Of a DNA stretch of 64,000 bases, positions 9,730-17,390 are shown one piece after another. Origin of the DNA: Schizochytrium sp. TIO01. Lineage: Eukaryota; Protista; Bigyra: Labyrinthulomycetes. Where the stretch lies: the NCBI GenBank assembly GCA_004764695.1, contig SMSO01000034.1, positions 2,542,001-2,606,000 of the forward strand. The letters run 5' to 3'. Under the pieces are notes generated by a model. The model saw only the letters and a program-made list of their open reading frames with translations. It had not been told where the DNA came from and ran no database searches. Position 1 is the stretch's first letter. Each line of letters begins with the position of its first letter. The position numbers and the translations under genes were made by a program.

Positions 9730-10647
9730 ATGAATTCATACAGCGGTGAGGCACGCAGCTATGTAAGAACCGCAGGACAAGTTGGAGTCACGGTCTTTTC
9801 TGCTGACCTTGACATCTTTGACAAAGGAAGCTATGCATATGGGCATAGCACGCAACACAGGACCCAGTACGATGAAGATGACAGACATGCCTCGGAGCCC
9901 TCCTTTTGTAAATGGTTCCTTGCCTCACTATCGTTCATGCGATTTCAAATGTACTGCGCAGCGCAAAATCTGCTTTTTGCATGTTTACAACTCTATCTAG
10001 GAACAGAACTAACGAGCGACTCTGAACTGATGGGCGCAACCACAGCGGCAAGCCAGTTGAATTTACTTTATCTTAATGCCAGCTTTCTGTTCATCACTGC
10101 AGCCTTCCACGGGGTGTATGCGTTTGCGCAGCTCGAGATTTGCGGCAAGGTCATTCTTTCCCCTCGACTGCGACACTTGGAATTTTTCTTCACGATGCCC
10201 ATGATTGTTTGCTCAGTGGCCGCCCTTGTTGGTGCAAATAAGGCATGGCAACTGGCCATCATCTCCGTGCTTCAAACAATCACCACGCTCATGTCATGTA
10301 TGGAAAACCGTGACCGCAAGCTCCTGGACGGGAAATTGTCTCCCATGGTCATCGGGGGCCTGGCGTACGGCATGGAGTGGTGCATTATTTTTTACTACTA
10401 TTTTTACAATGTATTTGCTGGCTCGACAGTCATCCCTGCATATGTGACCGCGCTCCTCCTTATCATTTTCTCGACCAGTTTGCTCTACGGCCTCAACCAG
10501 CTGTACTTTGTCACCTTCGCCAGATGTTACCAGATAGAAATTGATAACCTCGCACAGCTTGAAATGGATGGGTGCTTCCATCTTCTATCCCTGGTCACCA
10601 AAAGCCTTCTCGTGTGGGTCCCGGTGATTGCTGTCGGCATCCACTGA
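9730..10647 (+). CDS. Heliorhodopsin-like 7TM protein
   Basis: TM2 FLFITAAFH, TM3 LRHLEFFFTMPM (cf. RWxEYSxSAxxM), TM7 FHLLSLVTKSLLVW (cf. YxxLSLxAKxxLxW with the retinal-binding Lys). Confidence 0.8.
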   Translation: MNSYSGEARSYVRTAGQVGVTVFSADLDIFDKGSYAYGHSTQHRTQYDEDDRHASEPSFCKWFLASLSFMRFQMYCAAQNLLFACLQLYLGTELTSDSELMGATTAASQLNLLYLNASFLFITAAFHGVYAFAQLEICGKVILSPRLRHLEFFFTMPMIVCSVAALVGANKAWQLAIISVLQTITTLMSCMENRDRKLLDGKLSPMVIGGLAYGMEWCIIFYYYFYNVFAGSTVIPAYVTALLLIIFSTSLLYGLNQLYFVTFARCYQIEIDNLAQLEMDGCFHLLSLVTKSLLVWVPVIAVGIH

Positions 10648-11220
10648 GGAGGCAGCTTTTCGTTTCTCAAACACCTGATCAAAAAGGGTCATCATGTAAG
10701 AAATCGTCTCCTTTATGTCCCTTTCAGTCTTAGGGCCAGCAATAATAATCTTACCTGATGCAAAGATATTCACTTTGATGGAGCTGTTTTGCATCTTGAA
10801 GCTACAACTAGGGAATACGCATGGGTCGTACGAACAGAATTCCCTGAACCGATTACTGAACTTGACGAGATCCACAGACTCATAGATCTCACGAATTGAG
10901 ATTTTCGCCACGATATTAGTCAACATTACATGCACATACTCCAGACCAAGCACGCGCTTCAAGTAAAAGAGTACATTCAGTACACCATATTTGCTGCGAC
11001 ATCCCATAATCGTGGCCGTGCCTGTACTGAAAAGGATAACAGTGGCTTTAGGTTGCCGAATCTTGAGGGTGATGGCACTGAATTTCTTGGGCGAGTATTT
11101 TCCCGCCCTCAATTTATGGAAAAGCGCCGCGAGAGACTTCCGTGATCGAATGCGGATGGAGATAACATGGTTTGTAAGTTGGTAATTCACCGTGCACACA
11201 TCGCTGATTGCCTCTGACAT
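10585..11220 (-). CDS. TBP: TATA-box binding protein, divergent, viral type
   Basis: Two TBP half-repeats: TNHVISI...YSPKKFSAITLKIRQPKATVILFSTGTATIMGCRS and TNIVAKI...YDPCVFPSCSFK...VNIFASGKIIIAGPK. First ATG is at 11220 (track start 11241 is TTG). Overlaps the 3' end of the heliorhodopsin convergently. Confidence 0.9.
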   Translation of the reverse strand: MSEAISDVCTVNYQLTNHVISIRIRSRKSLAALFHKLRAGKYSPKKFSAITLKIRQPKATVILFSTGTATIMGCRSKYGVLNVLFYLKRVLGLEYVHVMLTNIVAKISIREIYESVDLVKFSNRFREFCSYDPCVFPSCSFKMQNSSIKVNIFASGKIIIAGPKTERDIKETISYMMTLFDQVFEKRKAASSVDADSNHRDPHEKAFGDQG

Positions 11221-11253
11221 TGTGTCTGGGTCTCGTACCAAGTACAGGGTCTC

Positions 11254-11265
11254 ATATATAAATAT
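11254..11265. promoter_or_regulatory. Candidate bidirectional TATA element between TBP and the 854-aa ORF
   Basis: ATATATAAATAT in a 90-bp spacer between two divergent start codons. Confidence 0.4.
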
Positions 11266-11310
11266 CTAATTTGACACACTGAGCGTGGCAGTGCACTTTA
11301 AATACAAGGC

Positions 11311-13875
11311 ATGCAGTATTTACATGACGTCTTGGATGGAAATCTCTACCACCAAGACGACGCAGAAACCCAGAGTCAAGGCTCTGCTAGGACAAAACGA
11401 AGCCTACCATGGCAGGGCTTTGATGACACCCACTCAGCCGGCTCTAACCATTCCCAGGACCTTGGTGGGTTTGGTGATCTAACTGAGCACTCACTTCCGA
11501 AGGACCCAAGCCCAGGAGAGCTACCAGCACTACCTGGCGATGTTTATGCAATGGCAGACTTTATAGGTATCCTAGATGCATGGATGGAGATGCAAAATGA
11601 GGTTGTTATCGGCAGTGGTACTTTTGATAGTTTACGGGACAAATACACCAACCTCATCAATAAGGTAAAGCATCTACGTGACTGGATGAAGCAAAGTTCT
11701 GAAAAATGCGCTCTATATTCAACCTTTATATTCAAGATACATAAGGCCGGGTCAGACAAATTGCAAGAAAATGTGCGCATAACAGATATCCGAATTGATG
11801 AGGCGATTCTCGAGGTTGATCGAATGTTCAATAAAGAACGTGAAAGATATAATTACTATCACATTGCGCATAGGTTGGTATGGCGTTACGCGACGGTGCT
11901 GGACTGGGTACTGGAATACACATATCTGACTCAGGTTTTAGGGGGAAACTTCAGGCATCCGCGGATAGATTATCCCGAATTGCATAACAAGGCAGTAGAG
12001 TTGTTTGATCTCATCGAGCATTATAATGACACTTACCGAACTGAAATGGAATATCTTCAGAAAAACTATCACGAGGAAGCAGCATTATACTTCCAATCAT
12101 GGCAAGAGGAGCTGTTACCAATGGTTGAAGTAATATTATCTTCAAACAAAGACCTCTATGATCGTTTCGCTGAACTTTATTCACATGGCCAATATCTTGA
12201 TAATTTGCATGAATTTAGCCAGGATGAAAATAATCAAGTCCAAGAGACTCGTGATGAATTGAGAGCGTGGGAGGAGGAAAGTCGCATTGCCTCCGAAGAA
12301 GCACGCATGAAGAAAGAGGCTTCGCAGGTGATATCGACTGAGGAGATAATAGAGTATCACACTAAGGCCCTAGATATAATGAATAAGAAATTCGACATTC
12401 TTCGGAGGCAACGCAATCTACTACAAAGCATCCATCGTAAACATCTTCACAACTTACAGACGCGGGCATGCAACATTAGCTCTGTACTAGAGGAAGATAT
12501 CGATTACATAAATAATGCTGTCATTAGAAACGAGCCCACGGTTGATTATCTCGTTGAACTTTTTGCACGGACTGCGAACGAAGAGTTCATTGTTGCTTCA
12601 GTTCAAGCGAGCTGCTCGTTTATCAATAACGAACTGGAATGCATCGACGAACAATACAGTAACATGATAGAAGAAGAATTCAACTTGAAAACGCAGCAAA
12701 GTGGATTTCGTAATATGGCAACTGAAATCATCCGGGTCGAAAAAAAGATGGTCAACATCGTCAATAACTTCATTCATGAGAATAACATAAAAGCGATTGA
12801 AAGAGCACACCTTATCAAACGCCTTGCAGCTGAAAAGCGTGATTTGATTGAATTACTGGAAGATCGACCAGGACTTGTGCCCATGGCCCTGCAGAAATAC
12901 GAAGAACAAAGGTCACTTGCCTCCAAGGTCATGCTCTCGATGGGCATTCCAGAGGCACTTTTTAGTCCAGAAAGTCATGTCAATGTTAGTAACACATCAA
13001 GCCATGCTATAGGTAGCCGCGTATCAGGCACTGGCGGGAGTGGTATTTCCAAGAAAGCAGGGAACCAGAACATCATGCATGTCATTGTCTTTGAAGCAAC
13101 CGTGGATCGCTACAGAGAGAAATTCACCTCTTGTTTCTGTGAAATATACAGACATATTTTCCAAAAAGAAATGCCAGAAACAAAGGTGAATTTTAAGGTC
13201 CCTGAGTTATATGACAAATACTCAGAAAGTATGAAATTGGACTTTGAGGAAAGAATGGAGGAAAAAATATTTAAAGAAGCTATGCATATTGAGCAACTGA
13301 ACCAGGCACAGATACTCACATCTTCACAAGGCCAAACGCTTAAGCAAACTAAGTCTACTGCACCGCACACGTCTCGAACGAACGATATGCAGTATGAGAT
13401 GTCCAAGGAATCTCTTGCGCGCGCCAAGATCGACACGGAGTTTAGTCATCTTGATCTCCAGGCACGGAAGAAAGAAATGCAGAGAGAAAAAGACAATGGT
13501 AGTGGCAGTAATGATAAGAAAACGAATTCGATCAAAGAAACTGCTACTGAGCCTCTAGACTCTACCAATAAACGCAAACAAGGTGACAATAATAAAACAG
13601 GGATACCTTCTCCAGCTAAGAAACAAAAGAGAGAAACTGATAGTAAAAAGAAACCAGAAGATAGTAAAAAGAAACCAGAAGATAGTAAAAAGAAACCAGA
13701 AGATAGTAAAAAGAAACCAGAAGATAGTAAAAAGAAAACAGAAGATAGTAAAAAGAAAACAGAAGATGATAAAAAGAAAACAGAAGATGATAAAAAGAAA
13801 ACAGAAGATGATAAAAAGAAAACAGAAGATGAGGACGATAAAAAGAAGAAGAAGAAGAAGAAGAAGAAGAACTAA
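11311..13875 (+). CDS. Large helical protein, candidate Duplodnaviria-type portal, with a Lys/Asp-rich repeat tail
   Basis: 854-aa ORF. SKVMLSMGIPEALF...FEATVDRYREKF...IYRHIF...KVNF resembles the portal IAxAFGIPxxLL stem region. The ORF is well supported; the function is tentative. Confidence 0.45.
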   Translation: MQYLHDVLDGNLYHQDDAETQSQGSARTKRSLPWQGFDDTHSAGSNHSQDLGGFGDLTEHSLPKDPSPGELPALPGDVYAMADFIGILDAWMEMQNEVVIGSGTFDSLRDKYTNLINKVKHLRDWMKQSSEKCALYSTFIFKIHKAGSDKLQENVRITDIRIDEAILEVDRMFNKERERYNYYHIAHRLVWRYATVLDWVLEYTYLTQVLGGNFRHPRIDYPELHNKAVELFDLIEHYNDTYRTEMEYLQKNYHEEAALYFQSWQEELLPMVEVILSSNKDLYDRFAELYSHGQYLDNLHEFSQDENNQVQETRDELRAWEEESRIASEEARMKKEASQVISTEEIIEYHTKALDIMNKKFDILRRQRNLLQSIHRKHLHNLQTRACNISSVLEEDIDYINNAVIRNEPTVDYLVELFARTANEEFIVASVQASCSFINNELECIDEQYSNMIEEEFNLKTQQSGFRNMATEIIRVEKKMVNIVNNFIHENNIKAIERAHLIKRLAAEKRDLIELLEDRPGLVPMALQKYEEQRSLASKVMLSMGIPEALFSPESHVNVSNTSSHAIGSRVSGTGGSGISKKAGNQNIMHVIVFEATVDRYREKFTSCFCEIYRHIFQKEMPETKVNFKVPELYDKYSESMKLDFEERMEEKIFKEAMHIEQLNQAQILTSSQGQTLKQTKSTAPHTSRTNDMQYEMSKESLARAKIDTEFSHLDLQARKKEMQREKDNGSGSNDKKTNSIKETATEPLDSTNKRKQGDNNKTGIPSPAKKQKRETDSKKKPEDSKKKPEDSKKKPEDSKKKPEDSKKKTEDSKKKTEDDKKKTEDDKKKTEDDKKKTEDEDDKKKKKKKKKKN
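13638..13872 (+). repeat. 21-bp coding tandem repeat (KKKPEDS to KKKTEDD, about 9-10 copies) followed by a (AAG)n tract
   Basis: Seen directly; units change stepwise along the array. Confidence 0.9.
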
Positions 13876-13932
13876 TATATAAACTAAAAATTAAACACAG
13901 CAGCAACTTGAAAAGAACCAACGATTTGGCCT

Positions 13933-14457
13933 ATGTTTCTTGATATCATTATTACACACCTTGCAATTGTTGCACTCACGGGGGAGTGGGTCAATGTTTC
14001 TGAGAATATGATATCTATCGAGGATTGCTATATTTATCCAAGTGGTACTTTTGGCCTCTGGGAAAACATTTGTGGTGTTTCAAGTGGTGTATTTATTAGT
14101 AATTATAGCCAATATTATTCAGATTCTTTACTGGAATGTCTCCCTAATGTGAAGATACTGATTACTACTGCTTGGGTACTGACTTGTATGGCATCATTAA
14201 TCTCAATGTACGGCGAGGATTGGGTGATAATAAGGATACTCATTCACACAGGGTCAGTCATCTTTCATGCAACATCATTGGGACTCTTTATGCGAGGGTT
14301 TCGAGGCTTGAGCGACAGTGTGTTGCAAGAGAACCTCTCACCACTAACTTACGGTGTTAGTTCACTTGTTGCGGTAATAGTTCTACAATCTGTTGTGATA
14401 ATCAACCTGTGTTTACCTTACATGAAAAAAATATACATGTGTTATTTTTGTATTTGA
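13933..14457 (+). CDS. Claudin/PMP22-like four-TM protein
   Basis: 174 aa with four hydrophobic segments and a W...FGLW..C...C signature in the first loop. Confidence 0.6.
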   Translation: MFLDIIITHLAIVALTGEWVNVSENMISIEDCYIYPSGTFGLWENICGVSSGVFISNYSQYYSDSLLECLPNVKILITTAWVLTCMASLISMYGEDWVIIRILIHTGSVIFHATSLGLFMRGFRGLSDSVLQENLSPLTYGVSSLVAVIVLQSVVIINLCLPYMKKIYMCYFCI

Positions 14458-14502
14458 AGAACTGGGCGTACCTCTAGAGAAGAAGTCAGTCAGCTACCGA
14501 CA

Positions 14503-15294
14503 ATGGCCGTCAAAATTTACCAGAGCGTGGCAACTTACTACCCATTCATCTATCTCTTTGCAGCTACCGCGACCTATGGCGCCACTTACCACTTTAGCAA
14601 AGCACCTCGGCCATTTATATTACTTACCTACTTGATCCTCAATACATTTATCACTGTACATTACAAAAACAAACGCGTCATCAGGAACATTCTACAGAAG
14701 CACATTTGGAAGACAGTCACCATTGCATTTTATGCAATTCTGATTAATAATGCACATGATCTACTCTTTTTGGATTTTACTTACACTGAAGATACCACGA
14801 ATCAAATCATATCTTTCCTGTATGTTTTAGCAGTGTGCATTTTGACTTATGTAATACGCCGAGACGATCTTCTTGTATACTTACACTTCATTATGTTTTA
14901 CATCCCCATCCAGCGCTTCTGGCGCATCAATTTGTACCTATATGTCATTTTTGTCTCCATCTCCATCTATCTTCTTTATTCGCATTGTTCTGCCAAAACA
15001 CTCGTGGGGGGGTTCATTCATTTCAAATCAGTATTGCGTTTTTTCATGTACTTACGCATTTCAGATATTTTTGTTATCTTTGCACCCATCCATCTATACT
15101 TTGAGTACTGTTCTCTATATTGGGATGAACTCGACACTCTTCGTGAGGTGGATCATATCATCCAGAAAAAAATTCAAGCCACGCGAGATGTTATCATGTG
15201 TGAAGTACCAGAAGATGGCGAAAACAAAAGTATGGAAGATGGAGTTTGTGAGTCAAATGATCTCCTAACTGCCATGAACGATGATTCAGAGTGA
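14503..15294 (+). CDS. Hypothetical multi-pass membrane protein
   Basis: 263 aa with about 7 hydrophobic segments and an acidic tail. Confidence 0.7.
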   Translation: MAVKIYQSVATYYPFIYLFAATATYGATYHFSKAPRPFILLTYLILNTFITVHYKNKRVIRNILQKHIWKTVTIAFYAILINNAHDLLFLDFTYTEDTTNQIISFLYVLAVCILTYVIRRDDLLVYLHFIMFYIPIQRFWRINLYLYVIFVSISIYLLYSHCSAKTLVGGFIHFKSVLRFFMYLRISDIFVIFAPIHLYFEYCSLYWDELDTLREVDHIIQKKIQATRDVIMCEVPEDGENKSMEDGVCESNDLLTAMNDDSE

Positions 15295-15651
15295 TTGTAT
15301 ATTTACCATATATGTACAAAGTTTTAGAGTACGTTTGGTGATCTACAAAAAGCTAGACCCCGATTTTCTTTCCTTTTAGTATTAGTTATGTTCAAGTTAA
15401 GACTATACACGTGGGTTTCCTACCCTTAGGCCTGGTGATAGTTTACGAAGAGAATAGAACTTTTGGGGCGGAAACCGATTGATTTGAATGTTGGTAAATG
15501 CGACTATAATCGCAACTCTAGAGAGCACAAAAGATATTGGAGAAGACATGATTTTAATTTTTTTTAAATAAAAAAGGGGGATTCAGCGAATCACTAACTG
15601 ACCGACCTATTTGGATTTTCTGAACTACAACGAATGATACATTCACAACAG

Positions 15652-16242
15652 TCTTGATTCCAACGAAATCGGCGATGAGGGCGCAAAAGAACTCGCAAAG
15701 GGACTCGCAGAATGTGGGAAACTGGAAAGTTTGAAGTACGTTTTTTTTACTCTACAGGGATGTGCCGTGACAGTTCTTGGTTTATTTCTTTTCTATTTAC
15801 TTCGTTTCATATTTTCATTTTATTTTAGAATAAATGGTGATGAAAAGATAATGGGGAAAGGCTGACTGACTGACTGGCTGACTGACTGGCTGACTGACTG
15901 ATTTGATTTAATTTGATTTGTATTTGATCTGTATTTCCTAACAACGAATATATATTCACAGTCTTGGCTCCAACAAAATTGGTAATGGAGGCGAAGATGA
16001 GGGCGTAAAGGCTCTCGCGAAGGGATTGAAGAAAAGCAACAACCTGAGGTATTTGAAGTACGTTTTTTTAATTCCAAGGATAGCTTGACTCGCTTTCTTA
16101 GAAAGTAAAGGATTGATCGAATCACTGACGGATTGATTGACCTTCTTGTAACCTACAGTCTTCGAGGGAACGCTATTGGCAGAGAGGGCGCTAAGGCCAT
16201 TGCAAGGTCTCTGCACCAGGCATGTGCTCCTGCTACAATCTA
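15652..16242 (+). CDS. Host LRR gene continued, exons 15652-15735, 15962-16057, 16159-16242
   Basis: Same acceptor/donor style and phase 2 as the upstream exons; lengths 84, 96 and 84 bp. Encode LDSNEIGDEGAKELAKGLAECGKLESL, LGSNKIGNGGEDEGVKALAKGLKKSNNLRYL and LRGNAIGREGAKAIARSL. Confidence 0.88.
15692..15782 (+). repeat. 91-bp direct repeat, right copy
   Basis: Identical to 1121-1211; here it continues into an intact AT-rich intron. Confidence 0.92.
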
Positions 16243-16425
16243 GTAAGTTCTACTATCTTTGATGCTCTTGTTGGTGTTGTTGCTACTGCTGCTGGTGGGG
16301 GTGGTGGCGGTGCTGACGTCTCATTGCAGCTTGCGCAGAGCGTTGCCTTCATTGTTGTTGTGGACGTCTTTGAGTGTGCCCATCATTTTTCTAACAGTGC
16401 TCGTTTTCTTCCAACCGTAACACAG

Positions 16426-17317
16426 TATCTATAATGATTGGGACTACGATGGTTCCTCTGAAAAATTGTTCGCAAAGGTGTGTTATCCCGACGAGGACAT
16501 CAATTCCTCAACAGACGAGGAATCCACAGACGTGGGCTCAACGCCATGCCACGAAGACCACGGAGCTGCTAAAGCGGACGCCAAGCAATGTCTTTTGTGT
16601 ATCGAACAGCACCTGCTTTCTGAGGGTTCCAGCTGCGAACAGGGGCACTTCCTGTGCCGAGGCTGTATCGCAAGCTCACTAGCAGCTGCTGCGCAGCCAC
16701 GTGCATTCGTAGCTGTTGCCGACGATGGAGCAATGATATGCATGGACCCCGATTGTGAAGGAGAGATCGCGGCCCAAGACATTCTTCGCCTTGTGCCAAC
16801 AGCTTTGAATGATCTCTTGAAGATTGCGAAGATGAAGGCGGAAATTGAAGTGTCAGCTCAGGTTGAGCGAGAGACGCAAAGGCGCATAGCAGAATCTCCA
16901 CGCGCCGGTGAACCGAATAATGACGCACAGCGGCATTTGCTGCATATTCAAGAGAAGATCTTGAACACCTTTTGTCCCAACTGTTATGCTATCTTTGACT
17001 ACTTTGACGACTTTCACGGCTGCTGTGCTGTGCAGTGTGGTAATAGCAGTTGCAAACGTTACTTTTGCGCTTGGTGTCTTGAGCATAGCTTCCAGGATAG
17101 GAGAGATTGCTATGCTCATATGAGGACCTGTCCAAAAAGACTCAGTGGAAACTCATACGAGCAAGTTCGTGAGGCATGGCAGTCTCTGCGCGCAGATCGT
17201 TTGCGAGCGTACTGGAATGCGAATGTTCAGAACGAATCAGTTCGAGATGTTCTCAGAGATCAGCTTGCACCTCTGCTGACGCCAGATATCGTCGGCGCTG
17301 GATTTAGATTAGAATAA
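16426..17317 (+). CDS. Terminal exon of the LRR gene: RING / RBR-type (Rcat) E3 ubiquitin ligase domain
   Basis: The ACACAG acceptor at 16425 gives a phase-2 join in frame with ORF 16466-17317. RING1-like CLLC...CEQGHFLCRGC...CMDPDC and RING2-like CPNC...FHGCCAVQC...CKRYFCAWC. Confidence 0.8.
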
Positions 17318-17390
17318 GACTTCTCAGAGATCAGCTCACATCTCTGCTGACACCAGATATCGTCGGCGCTGGATTTAGATTAGAATAAGA
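17250..17390 (+). repeat. Tandem duplication of 71 bp including the stop codon
   Basis: 17250-17320 and 17321-17390 are near-identical. Confidence 0.9.

Larger units (their letters stand above)
1212..15317. mobile_element. Endogenous viral element, Mirusviricota-like fragment inserted in an LRR-gene intron
   Basis: Intronless, tightly packed ORFs with short AT-rich spacers. Contains heliorhodopsin, TBP, a portal-like ORF, a claudin-like ORF and a tyrosine recombinase. The left junction is sharp (host intron diverges from its twin at 1212). The right junction is approximate: host-type AAAGTTTTAGA|GTACGTTT reappears at about 15318-15336. Confidence 0.75.

Noticed and set aside
13583-13921. Alternative-frame and antisense repeat ORFs
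   Set aside because: By-products of the 21-bp repeat.
15295-15650. N-terminal half of a split recombinase at the right end of the insert
   Set aside because: No suitable open frame seen; the region looks like a host intron with a donor at 15329.
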